In this document: piece by piece, positions 29,828 through 39,053 of the stretch | Position numbering within the stretch: position 1 is the stretch's first letter | Layout: each line of letters begins with the position of its first letter | From: Deinococcales bacterium | Lineage (GTDB): Bacteria; Deinococcota; Deinococci; Deinococcales; JAAFIG01 | Direction of reading: 5' to 3' | Assembly: GCA_031414595.1 (NCBI GenBank) | Contig: JANNVX010000039.1 | Coordinates: 1 to 46,164, forward strand | Length of the DNA: 46,164 nt | Notes under the pieces: model-generated | Database searches by the model: none | What the model saw: the letters and a program-made list of their open reading frames with translations, nothing else | Told to the model about the DNA's origin: nothing | Translations under genes and position numbers: made by a program

Positions 29828-30235
29828 TCAGACTAAAAAAATACTTGGCGGAACTTGAAAACGCGCCGCGAATCGCTTGGCTAAAACCTTGCCAATGCCA
29901 CGTTCTCCGCGCAGAATTTTAGACAATGCCGATTGGTTCACCACGCCTTCTTGTGCCAATTTGTACTGCGTTAAACCGTGTGCATCCATCAGTGTTTGTA
30001 GTAATTCAAATGGCTTAGACTCGAGCGGCTTGGGTTCATTGTGCTTTTCCCACTCGAGGGCGTAACCAGCCAGCACACGCCATAAACTGCGGTATGGTTC
30101 GGCGTTGGTGTCGTACTTCTCGATTAAATTGGTGGTGAATTCTAGTAACTCGAGGTAATCAGCTTCGGATTGTGGGGCTTTGATCTGTTGCTGAAAAGTT
30201 TGCCAAGTTTTGATAACACTGTTCATGCTGGTCAT
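29828..30235 (-). CDS. higA: HigA-type HTH antitoxin
   Basis: PQSEADY, LQTLMDAHGLTQYKLA...QSALSKILRGERGI...FQVPPSIF; ATGA overlap with higB. Confidence 0.85.
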   Translation of the reverse strand: MTSMNSVIKTWQTFQQQIKAPQSEADYLELLEFTTNLIEKYDTNAEPYRSLWRVLAGYALEWEKHNEPKPLESKPFELLQTLMDAHGLTQYKLAQEGVVNQSALSKILRGERGIGKVLAKRFAARFQVPPSIFLV

Positions 30236-30543
30236 GATGGTCTGCCTCCTTTGTTCCATTTGTCATAGTCTTTGTGGTTCAGCACGTAAAGTATAAACAC
30301 AGCACGAAATTCAAAATCTATTCGGGTAATCACACGGTATTTGTTGCCGCCAATATCAAAAATAAAAACCAGTGTTCCATCTTTGGCTTTTGCAGTGTCC
30401 ACCGCAGGAAAAAAGGCTTTGAGTTGGGCAAAATTTTCTGGCTCGAGTTTGCAAAGTAAATTGTACCAACCGCGTAAGACAGGTTCGGCTTCTGGCTGAT
30501 GTTCGCAAAACGCTCGTATGGTGCGGTAAGCGATAACATTCAC
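30232..30543 (-). CDS. higB: HigB-type mRNA interferase toxin
   Basis: MNVIAYRTIR, IFDIGGNKYRVI, LNHKDYDK; promoter TTGCAA-17-TATACT ends 6 nt before GTG 30543. Confidence 0.9.
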   Translation of the reverse strand: MNVIAYRTIRAFCEHQPEAEPVLRGWYNLLCKLEPENFAQLKAFFPAVDTAKAKDGTLVFIFDIGGNKYRVITRIDFEFRAVFILYVLNHKDYDKWNKGGRPS

Positions 30544-30649
30544 ATCTCGAGTATAGGTCATTTTGGACTGTATTGCAAGTTCTGTGAAACGACTGAGGTT
30601 GGGACAGCAAAAAGCCTGTGCAAGACTGCACAGGCTCGAGAATATAGAT

Positions 30650-32125
30650 TTAATTCGCACCGAGTTTGATTTTACTAAGCATTCCGTACTGACTACCGGC
30701 GGTGCTGTCTGGAACGAGCCAGCCACCAATCACGAGCCGACCATCGGTTGATGTACCGCCAATCAGAGCCGATAACGCCGTGGTTTTGAAGGTGTTATTG
30801 CCAAAATTATAGATTCGCCGATTCGATGCCACTGGGTTACTAATACTGGTGTCGGGGTTAAAGGTCGTGTCGGCAGCCCCATTTAACAAGTACCGAAAGG
30901 CAAAGACCTGAGATGCACCGCCAGTGTTTTCTTCTGCTCCAATCACAATGATTTTATCATCCGACTGTACCAAGACTTTTTTGGCGCGTAAGGCTTGGGC
31001 AAAAGCACTGGCAGCAATCACTGTTCCACCACTGCCAAAAGTTGTATCGAGCGTCCCATCAGAATTTAAGCGAATCATGGCAAGGACGGTGGCTGTGGTG
31101 GTGGCTGTTCCAACCACAATAATTTTTTGGTTTTGCAGTGCCACACTGCTGGCAGCGTCACCAGAACTACCAGGAATGCTTTGTATGACATGCCCGACCG
31201 TGTTAAAACTGGTGTCTCGAGCGCCAGAACTGGTAAAACGCATGATTAAAAAAGAACCTGTTGTGCCGTGTTTACCGACCACAATGATATTGCCACTTGC
31301 ATCTAGCATCACGCTCGAGGCTTCGTTGTCGCTGTTTGTGCCGTCCACATCGTCTATGCGGATACCTGTACCGTTAAAACTGGTATCGAGTGCGCCAGTG
31401 GTGGTGTAACGCATCACAAAAACATTTTTATCGCCAGTTGTACCGTTTCTGACGTAACCAACAGCCACAATTTGATTATTGGGTTGTACCACAAGGTCAG
31501 TCATGACGTGTTCTGAACCTGCGGCGCTATGAATTGTCGTATTGACGGTTTGGTTGCTCGAGAAGGTAGTGTCGTTGCTGATGTTTGAACCGACTACACT
31601 GCGTCCCATAATCAACTGAGTCCCAGTGGCTGTGGTGATATGACCACCGCGAACAATACGGTTTAGCGAGTCAACCCCAACACTGGTGTAATAGGTGTTG
31701 GTGGCAGATGTTCCGTTGCTAAAAACAGCCCGAATATGGTCTCCGTTTGGGTAATAAAGACCAAGCCAACCCCCTGTGCTGCTGGGCATAACTTGTCCAA
31801 CACTGGCAATTCGACCATCAGAAAACTGGGCTATATCTTCGATACTGCTTGTTCCACCCGGGCGGATGACCCGAAACCCACCAGATGCAAAACACGGATC
31901 CATCCTGCCGACCACACTGGTAGGTGCAATACTTTCTAAGAAGGCTTCTGGGGCGGCGGCACTGCCAGCAATCCGAACCTGACAAGCATTGGCGTAGTCG
32001 CCTAGTGCATGAAGTGCATAATCGGAGGCGGTGTTCTGTGCCGAAGAGTAAATCGTGGTTACTTCTTCGTTGCTGTTACGTCTGGTTTCGATGTCGGTGC
32101 TGGCTTTTTCGTCTAAACTGCCAGC
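30650..32125 (-). pseudogene. 5'-truncated delta-60 lipoprotein gene, copy C
   Basis: The frame stays open upstream of the track start and matches copy B back to GSLDEKAST (~32122), then loses homology and hits a stop with no start codon. About 260 N-terminal aa, including the lipobox, are missing. Ends in LGAN like copy B. Confidence 0.8.
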
Positions 32126-32201
32126 GTAACGAAATTCAACAAAATCCAGAACAGCACGAAGATTTGTATTTTAATGCGCGAGAAAAGTACCAAAAAGTAA
32201 A

Positions 32202-32222
32202 TCTCGAGTAGTTTACTCGAGA
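32202..32222 (-). terminator. CTCGAG-pair hairpin terminating the peptide genes
   Basis: TCTCGAGTA-GTT-TACTCGAGA, followed on the minus strand by TTTACTTTTT. Confidence 0.6.
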
Positions 32223-32249
32223 CTACATGATATTTACAGGTAATTACCT

Positions 32250-32387
32250 TTAGCGGCTTTCATTTACAGTTATAACTGCCTCGCCATGTTCATCTAATAG
32301 CTCGACCAGAATATCTTTAGCTTGAGAAACTCCACTAAACGCAAATACGCTAATAATGAGGAAAACAGCAATCAACTTTTTTAACAT
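32250..32387 (-). CDS. 45-aa secreted peptide MLKKLIAVFLIISVFAFSGVSQA|KDILVELLDEHGEAVITVNESR
   Basis: AAGGAG RBS, TGcTATACT extended -10 (32431-32439), Sec signal ending SQA. Confidence 0.85.
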   Translation of the reverse strand: MLKKLIAVFLIISVFAFSGVSQAKDILVELLDEHGEAVITVNESR

Positions 32388-32541
32388 AACTACTCCTTTG
32401 TTCCTAATGTGTCGCAAAGCAGAATAAGATAGTATAGCAGGTAAAACAATTGGATTCATTGTGCGTACTGTGATTAAAACGAGGGCTAAAAGTCTTAATA
32501 TATGCTCTTACTTCACTTTAGTGAAATAAGAGCATGGTTAA

Positions 32542-32685
32542 TTATTCACCATGCTCATCTAAAAGCTCAACTAGAATATCGGTGCCGCAATTGGATGATG
32601 TATCTTCGGTATCTATAGCCAGAGAAAATCCACTAAATGTGAATGCTCCAATGGCAAGGAAAACAGCAATTAACTTTTTTAACAT
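32542..32685 (-). CDS. 47-aa secreted peptide MLKKLIAVFLAIGAFTFSGFSLA|IDTEDTSSNCGTDILVELLDEHGE (not in the ORF track)
   Basis: Hand translation; AAGGAG RBS, TGgTAAACT extended -10 (32724-32732); start region duplicated with the 32387 gene. Confidence 0.82.
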   Translation of the reverse strand: MLKKLIAVFLAIGAFTFSGFSLAIDTEDTSSNCGTDILVELLDEHGE

Positions 32686-32841
32686 AACTACTCCTTTATT
32701 TCTACGGCATCCTAGAGTCAATTAGTTTACCAGATAAAACAAGAAAAATCTAAAAACAGAAAAAAAAGCCGTTCTGAACCATATGAAATAAGAATTAATT
32801 AGTATGTAAACTTTAATTGCTCGGCAAATCACAGCCAGATT

Positions 32842-35800
32842 TTGGCGTTCCTAACGATGCAGCAAAACCCTAATTTGCCGATGCCCCGAGTGCGTTTGGC
32901 TCGAGCCATCTGGACAGACTGCACCGACGAACAAGGACGCAAACGCCTGACCAATAGCCTGTACCGGCTGCGCCAAGAACACCCAGAATTCGAGGAATGT
33001 ATTGTGGCTGATGCCACCACTTTGACCCTTCAACCGATTTGGACAGACACCAACCAATTTATGCGCTTAATTCATAGCCAAAAAGCCCAAGATTGGTTTA
33101 CGGCACTCGAGCATTACCAAGGTGATTTACTCGAAGACCAAGACATCCCTTGGTTAGAAATATGGCGTGTAGAACTACACCAAACGATGCTGCAAGGGTT
33201 ACGCCAAGCCATAGCACAAGCTGACTCGAGCCGAGGCATTGTCTTATCGCAACGCCTGATTCAACTCGAGCCTTGGAACGAAGCGGCACATACCCACTTA
33301 ATTCGGTTGTATGCCAAGTTAGGACAACGACCAGAAGCGATTGCGGTATTTGAAAAACTTGAACAGACCCTCACCCAAGAATTCTCGAGTCAACCACACC
33401 CAGAAACACGGGCATTTATTGCTGATTTACAACGCCAACTCGAGCAACCACACAACAAACCAAACCAAGCCTTGGTTGGACGCGACCAAGAATGGCGTGT
33501 ACTGACCAATGCCTTAAATGCGCTGCGGGTCGAACAGGGCGGTGTGATTATACTCGAAGGAGAAGCTGGACAAGGCAAAACCCGTTTACTGCTCGAATTA
33601 CAATCCCTTGCCAAATGGCACCAAATCCCAACTTTAGCTGGCATGACTTTTGGTGCAAAACTGCCTTATGCCCCACTCGAACAAGCCCTACAAAGTGCCA
33701 CTGTTCTACTCGAGCAGAGCAGTACCTTAATTCAAAAGAATCTCGAGCCGCTCCTAAAAACCAGTGTAGAGATTGAATCTTCGCCACAAGTCATCAGTGC
33801 GACTTTAGAACGTTGGATACGCCATCTTGAACAACCCACGCTATGGTTACTCGACGACTTACACTGGGCTGGCGATTTATTCTGGACAGTCCTAAAAATG
33901 TTGACCCGAATGGCACAACAACGTCCGGTCTTGCTGGTTCTAGCGGCTCGTTCCGAAGAACTGCTTGGCAATCCAAAAGCCTTCGAGACCCTAACCGAAA
34001 TTCGTCAAACCCCACAAGTGCAACATTATCGGCTTGGAGGACTAAGCCTAGAAGCCTGTGCTGTTTTAGCTCGAGGACTCGGTAAAACCATCAATTCAAT
34101 CGAACTCGAGCAACTGCACCGCGTCAGCGCTGGCAACCCCTTGGTTTTTGGAGAATTGGTACTCGGGCAACCCGCCGAACAACACCTCGAGAATGCTTTT
34201 CAGGGCAGATTCGCAAAACTGGATCAAAAACTTCAAAATGCCCTCGAAGCCGCTTCGGTACTCGGCAAACAATTTGATTTACAAGTTTGGACAGCCATGC
34301 TTGATACCCCCGCCCCGATAGCCCAACTATTAGAAACACGCTTTATCCTCGAGTCACCGACTTTGGCTTTTCAACACGACTTAACACGGGTTTTTGTGTA
34401 CGAACAAATGAGTCTTGAGACACGGCAAAAATGGCACGAACGCGCTTTTGAAGTCTGCAAAAATTTTCAAACCCGAGCCATTTTGCTTGCCCACCACGCC
34501 CAAGAAGCCAATTTGTTAAGCCAAAGTGTGACTTATTACCGCCGAGCCGCCGAAGAAGCCCTAGGATTTTGTGCCTACCAAGATGCCCAAAATTACATCC
34601 AGCAAGCAACGATAAATAATCAATCCCTTCAAGCTAATGTACTCGAGGCACTACATTTGCAACTGATGCAGATGCGAATTTCATTTATTCAAGAGCCGGG
34701 GAATCAATCGGTGTTGGACTTAGAAACTTTGGAAACTCAGACCCGCCAATATCAAGACAAAGACCTAATGTATCACACCTTCGTTCTTAAATTGGGAATT
34801 CTAGCGACTCAAGGAAAAAGCCAAGCAACTTTACAAACCGCTGAGTCACTATGGTTCTGGACTCGAGAAATAAGAGACTCTGTACTAGAAGTCCGTGCAT
34901 TAACGATTAGTTCAGTCACCATCGCTCGGTCTTTTCTCGAGTCAGATAAAGCCCTTCTGTATGCCCAAAAAGCCCACGAGTTATGTCAAGTACACGAAAT
35001 TCCTGCCAGAGAACAATTTCGTACACTGATTGCCCTGACTAATTCGTATATCCGTGCTTCCAATTTTGAATCGGCGTGGCAAACACTTGCCGAAGTCGAA
35101 CAGATATTTCATGACAACCCATCACTGGTTATCCATGCTGTACAGCTTTTTAACATTAAAGGCGCATTAGCTCTTTATGGTGAACATTTTGAATTAGCAG
35201 TAAACGTTTTTCAAAAGCAACTTGACGATTGTTACACCCTAGGTGATGGTCGGCAAATCAATACCACCTTGGGCAATTTAGCCAGTTCGTTAATTAGACT
35301 AGGACGTTTTGAAGAAGCGCTTATTTGGGCAGAGGAACGCGCCGAACGAGCGCCAAAAGCAAAGCACTTACTGAGTGAAAGTCAAGTTGCCTATTATTTT
35401 ACCAATCTCGCCGAAGTTTTACTTTGTTTAGGACGAATTGACGAAGCCAATTCTTTACTCGACCCAATAAAATCATGGGCAATTGCAGAAGGTGCTTCTT
35501 TTTATGCCACAAAAACCAGAGAGGTTTTAGCCCTCATTTTACGGGCTAAAAAACAATTTGTGGCAGCCTTAGAAATTTTGTCGAATACCGAACAAGATTT
35601 AACGTTTCAATCTGAACTGGCATGTTTAGCGGGTTTGCAAGAAAAAGCCAAACCACTTCTTGGTCTGGCTTTGACAGCTACTTCGCCACTCGAGAATAAC
35701 CACTCGGCAATGTGCTACCACTACACAAAGTACCTGATTTATCAAAATCCAACCGTCCTTGAATTGGCTCGTTTTTCACTGCTCAGATTCGCTTGTCAAA

Positions 35801-36177
35801 TCGAAACCCTCGAGAATCGGCGGGTGATGCTTAAAAACGAGTATTACGCCAAAGCCGTAGAAGCCGCTTGGCAACAACAAGCCCTCGAGACAAGCGTTGT
35901 AGAACTCCCTGCTTTAACTGGCGAAGGCACAATTACAATCACTTGGACACTGAGTAGTGGCGCTTCGGACAAAGCCATTCTCGAGCAGCAAGACAAAGTG
36001 GCACTTCGTAATCACCGCTTAAAACGCCTGATGCTTGAAGCCCAAGCCCAAGGCGCAAAAGCCTTGCAGCGTCACCTTGCTACTGCCCTAGGGGTGGCAG
36101 TACGCACCATCGAAACCGATTTTTCTCAATTTAAGACTACAGCACAGGAAAAATCTCTGAACTCGAGTTCAGATTAA
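32842..36177 (+). CDS. Large regulator 2, paralogue of 26064-29495, lacking the first ~20 aa (possibly impaired)
   Basis: Same architecture (GEAGQGKTRL, LLDDLHWA, C-terminal HTH). Homology starts at NHSQI (~32827), with an in-frame stop at ~32800 and no RLHLLG strand. Confidence 0.8.
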   Translation: MAFLTMQQNPNLPMPRVRLARAIWTDCTDEQGRKRLTNSLYRLRQEHPEFEECIVADATTLTLQPIWTDTNQFMRLIHSQKAQDWFTALEHYQGDLLEDQDIPWLEIWRVELHQTMLQGLRQAIAQADSSRGIVLSQRLIQLEPWNEAAHTHLIRLYAKLGQRPEAIAVFEKLEQTLTQEFSSQPHPETRAFIADLQRQLEQPHNKPNQALVGRDQEWRVLTNALNALRVEQGGVIILEGEAGQGKTRLLLELQSLAKWHQIPTLAGMTFGAKLPYAPLEQALQSATVLLEQSSTLIQKNLEPLLKTSVEIESSPQVISATLERWIRHLEQPTLWLLDDLHWAGDLFWTVLKMLTRMAQQRPVLLVLAARSEELLGNPKAFETLTEIRQTPQVQHYRLGGLSLEACAVLARGLGKTINSIELEQLHRVSAGNPLVFGELVLGQPAEQHLENAFQGRFAKLDQKLQNALEAASVLGKQFDLQVWTAMLDTPAPIAQLLETRFILESPTLAFQHDLTRVFVYEQMSLETRQKWHERAFEVCKNFQTRAILLAHHAQEANLLSQSVTYYRRAAEEALGFCAYQDAQNYIQQATINNQSLQANVLEALHLQLMQMRISFIQEPGNQSVLDLETLETQTRQYQDKDLMYHTFVLKLGILATQGKSQATLQTAESLWFWTREIRDSVLEVRALTISSVTIARSFLESDKALLYAQKAHELCQVHEIPAREQFRTLIALTNSYIRASNFESAWQTLAEVEQIFHDNPSLVIHAVQLFNIKGALALYGEHFELAVNVFQKQLDDCYTLGDGRQINTTLGNLASSLIRLGRFEEALIWAEERAERAPKAKHLLSESQVAYYFTNLAEVLLCLGRIDEANSLLDPIKSWAIAEGASFYATKTREVLALILRAKKQFVAALEILSNTEQDLTFQSELACLAGLQEKAKPLLGLALTATSPLENNHSAMCYHYTKYLIYQNPTVLELARFSLLRFACQIETLENRRVMLKNEYYAKAVEAAWQQQALETSVVELPALTGEGTITITWTLSSGASDKAILEQQDKVALRNHRLKRLMLEAQAQGAKALQRHLATALGVAVRTIETDFSQFKTTAQEKSLNSSSD

Positions 36178-36257
36178 ACAATCTGTAATTTTCGGGATGT
36201 AGATGTTTAGCTCGCCGCAAGTGATACCTGTGCGATTAGGTTCTTGTATTCTTGGTT

Positions 36258-36650
36258 ATGAATTTTTTGCGATCTCGAGGCTGGGTTTTACTTGTACTGT
36301 TGCCAATAGCGGCGTTTGTCGCGTGGTTGCTACTGCCCAAAGCATTACATATGAACATTGTCGAAGCCAAAACCGAACACTTTTTTCGGATCGGTCAGCA
36401 TGATATTCGGATTGTCCTCAGTCCCTTGGCAAAAGGTGATAACGGCACGGCTGAAGTTCAGATTTACAATGGTACAATCCTGCTCGAGTCTCGAGAATCG
36501 CTGTTTAACTACGACACGCTGCAAAATAATCCTCCTGCCTTTGTGCGTTATGCGTGGCTGGATGGGGATTTAATACCAGATTTACTGCTCGAGTTGCAAT
36601 CTGAATCCTTGTACCTCAGCAGCCAAAGCGGAAAGGTCGTGGCTTTATGA
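36258..36650 (+). CDS. Hypothetical membrane-anchored protein
   Basis: N-terminal TM helix; TATTCT 5 nt before ATG 36258; ATGA overlap with the next gene. Confidence 0.65.
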   Translation: MNFLRSRGWVLLVLLPIAAFVAWLLLPKALHMNIVEAKTEHFFRIGQHDIRIVLSPLAKGDNGTAEVQIYNGTILLESRESLFNYDTLQNNPPAFVRYAWLDGDLIPDLLLELQSESLYLSSQSGKVVAL

Positions 36651-37015
36651 ATAACTTTGTGTACTTACCCGCCGAGGGCATCTGGCGAAGTATCCCAAAC
36701 CCAGACTCGAGTTTTGAGATTCTAATAGCGGGTGACAGCACTGAACCCAACTCGGCGCATTTGGCATTTCTGGGGGATTTACTACCGCATCTCGAGGCGG
36801 TGCGGCTTAGGGCAATTGGCTACTTAACGGTTTTTGTGAATCCAGCCCTTAAGCTAGATTGGTTTTTTGAAGCACTGCACATCACAGGTGATTTTGCCAC
36901 CGAATTTGAATTATCTTTTTCGCTCGAGTCAGATGTTTACGGCGATTGGCGGGTTGGTTTTTACACCATCAATCAGCATTTTGAACCTGATTCGTTCTCG
37001 AGGACGCAGAGATGA
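36647..37015 (+). CDS. Hypothetical protein
   Basis: 122-aa ORF translationally coupled to the upstream gene. Confidence 0.6.
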   Translation: MNNFVYLPAEGIWRSIPNPDSSFEILIAGDSTEPNSAHLAFLGDLLPHLEAVRLRAIGYLTVFVNPALKLDWFFEALHITGDFATEFELSFSLESDVYGDWRVGFYTINQHFEPDSFSRTQR

Positions 37016-37123
37016 ACTTTTAGCAATTGTTACCTAGACGAATACCTGATTAACTACATTTTTCCTGTACAGGATTATACTTATTGCAAGAAATCAGCTA
37101 ACATGAGGTTCTTAGGAGATTCC

Positions 37124-37729
37124 ATGAAAATACGTGCTGGTTTTGTTATCCACAATCCATTGACCAATTCAAAGACCGTAGTTCTCAAAACAGAGGTTGA
37201 AACCCAAGGCAGAGGTTGGTTGCTTGAAGTCGAAAGTGTGCCTAATAATTTGCCTGATATTGCTGAGCATCTTCATACCACTTGGACAGAAACTTTTGAA
37301 ATTATTTCTGGTGAAGCGAATTACAAAATTGATGGGATTCAAAAAACGGCTCGAGTAGGCGATGTATTTGTGGTACATCCACGCCAAACCCATATTCATC
37401 CTTGGGCAGTTGGAAATTCCAATATGGTTTATCGGCAAAGCAATGTTTTTGCACAACCTAACCTAGAAGCCGTACAGGAGGTGCTAGGGGTATTTGCGAG
37501 TACCGCAGGTTTGGCTCGAGAAGGTAAAGTTCATCCAGATGGCAAACCGAAAAATCCACTACAGCTTGCGGTCTCGCTTGCAACTTTGGTTCGACATGGG
37601 GGATATGATGCCAGTTTACCCATACCTTTGCAGAATTTTGTGGTGGCAACATTGGGAAGGCTTGCGTTTGCCATGGGATACCGCGCAGTTTACCCTGAGT
37701 ATTTAAGTAACCAGCCACCAAATTCCTAA
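37124..37729 (+). CDS. Cupin-domain protein
   Basis: EHLHTTWTETFEIISG and VGDVFVVHPRQTHIHPW cupin motifs; AGGAG RBS. Confidence 0.85.
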   Translation: MKIRAGFVIHNPLTNSKTVVLKTEVETQGRGWLLEVESVPNNLPDIAEHLHTTWTETFEIISGEANYKIDGIQKTARVGDVFVVHPRQTHIHPWAVGNSNMVYRQSNVFAQPNLEAVQEVLGVFASTAGLAREGKVHPDGKPKNPLQLAVSLATLVRHGGYDASLPIPLQNFVVATLGRLAFAMGYRAVYPEYLSNQPPNS

Positions 37730-37870
37730 AAACGGTGCGGGCAATCGGGTATTTAACGGTTTTTTACACTGTACTGAATCTACTCGAGACGAGAAGACTT
37801 GATGAGGGAGTCCGTTTTAATGTGGGCTTGCCTTGCAGAGAATACTTTTGCTTTTTGGTATCTTCACTCC

Positions 37871-38344
37871 ATGAGTTTAATAATTGGTCAAGCCGCCCCA
37901 GAATTTAATGCAGCAGACGACACTGGCAAAGCAATTTCCCTGGCAGCACTGAGTGGGCGTTGGGTGGTGCTTTATTTTTATCCAAAGGATAACACTGCGG
38001 GTTGTAGTATTGAAGCCGCTAAGTTTGAGCAAATTCTGCCAGAATTGAATCAGTTAGGGGCGGAAGTCATTGGCGTTTCGACGGATTCAAGTGCTTCACA
38101 TGCGAGTTTTAGGCAAAAATGTAATTTAACCTTTCCTTTGCTTCCAGATACCGATAAAAAAATCTCGCAGGCGTTTGGCGTGGTCGGTGGTTTACTTGGG
38201 GCGATTGGTTTTGCGCGACAAAGTTTTTTGATTGACCCCCAAGGTATATTGGTTAAGCATTGGAAGTTGGTCGTAAATCCAATGACCCATGCCATAGAAG
38301 TCAAACAAGAACTCGAGGCGCAACAAAAAAGCCGCCAGTCATAG
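37871..38344 (+). CDS. bcp: Peroxiredoxin, BCP/PrxQ family
   Basis: VVLYFYPKDNTAGCSIEA, VIGVSTD, FPLLPD, RQSFLIDPQG; TATCTT 6 nt before the ATG. Confidence 0.9.
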   Translation: MSLIIGQAAPEFNAADDTGKAISLAALSGRWVVLYFYPKDNTAGCSIEAAKFEQILPELNQLGAEVIGVSTDSSASHASFRQKCNLTFPLLPDTDKKISQAFGVVGGLLGAIGFARQSFLIDPQGILVKHWKLVVNPMTHAIEVKQELEAQQKSRQS

Positions 38345-38354
38345 GCGGCTTTTT
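38325..38354. terminator. Bidirectional terminator between bcp and ddrO
   Basis: AAAAAAGCCGCC-AGTCATA-GGCGGCTTTTT. Confidence 0.85.
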
Positions 38355-38369
38355 GAAGGTTAGAATTCT

Positions 38370-38759
38370 TTACTCGAGAATTCGTTTTAAGTTGCGGTAA
38401 ATGTCGTACCAGTCTTCTTTGGTTTGTGGACGTTTGCCGCGCAATTCAATACGGGCAAGGCTCGAGACCCAATCTGGGGTGATTTGTCCGCCAAGCACGG
38501 GGTCAGAGACCAGTTCGGCAAGTCCTTTTGGCAATGCCTGAGCGCTGACTTCGCCGTAGAATTCGACTGGGCTTAGTAGGTCGTGGACGGTGATGTTGTA
38601 AGAGGCTGCCAAAGTTTGCAAGGTTTCCAAACTTGGGTTGGTGCGTCCGCGTTCAAGGTCGGATAGGTACGGGATGCTGATTCCAGCAATTTCGCTGACA
38701 TCTTTGAGGCGTTGTCCGCGTTCGGAACGGAGTTCGCGCAGGCGTTCGTGGAGTTTCAT
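38370..38759 (-). CDS. ddrO: DdrO, XRE-family repressor of the radiation/desiccation response
   Basis: [15 protein letters not shown]...[25 protein letters not shown]...ITVHDLL...LPKGL...RIELRGKRP; 129 aa, recognisable Deinococcus DdrO signature. Confidence 0.93.
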   Translation of the reverse strand: MKLHERLRELRSERGQRLKDVSEIAGISIPYLSDLERGRTNPSLETLQTLAASYNITVHDLLSPVEFYGEVSAQALPKGLAELVSDPVLGGQITPDWVSSLARIELRGKRPQTKEDWYDIYRNLKRILE

Positions 38760-38897
38760 GGGTGTTCCTCCTTGTTCTCAAAGGGTGCTTGGTTTGCTCG
38801 GGCAGGGGCTTTGAGCGCATCGGCTCGTGCTTTGTTGAGCGCACCGTCTTGAGTTTTGTCGCTGGGTAAATTCCTTGCGACTATTCTGCTTGTGACG

Positions 38898-38933
38898 AGG
38901 TTAGCACAAAGTTTGGTTTCGGTCAAGACGTAA
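38898..38933 (-). promoter_or_regulatory. ddrO promoter with an RDRM over the -35
   Basis: Minus strand TTGACC-17 nt-TAACCT (TG-extended); RDRM-like TTACGTCTTGACCGAAA at 38917-38933. Confidence 0.75.
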
Positions 38934-38946
38934 TCTAGGCTTGGAC

Positions 38947-38980
38947 TTGATGAAATCACGAAATTATGCTAGAATCATAA
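38947..38980 (+). promoter_or_regulatory. Divergent promoter with an RDRM over the -10
   Basis: TTGATG-17 nt-TAGAAT (TG-extended); TTATGCTAGAATCATAA (38964-38980) = TTATG-N7-CATAA. Confidence 0.8.
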
Positions 38981-38996
38981 AAGTTAGGTCAGTTAC

Positions 38997-39042
38997 GACC
39001 ATACATGCTAGGACTGTTAGACCATACATGCTAGGACTGTTA
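38997..39042 (+). repeat. Perfect 2 x 23 bp tandem repeat
   Basis: GACCATACATGCTAGGACTGTTA twice, with no spacer. Confidence 0.95.
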
Positions 39043-39053
39043 CGGAGGACACC

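Noticed and set aside
21072-36177. Prophage, ICE or IS origin for the accessory locus
   Set aside because: No integrase, transposase, tRNA/att site or phage structural gene seen; most of the locus carries the host CTCGAG signature.
38997-39042. CRISPR array
   Set aside because: Only two adjacent 23-bp copies, no spacer and no cas genes.
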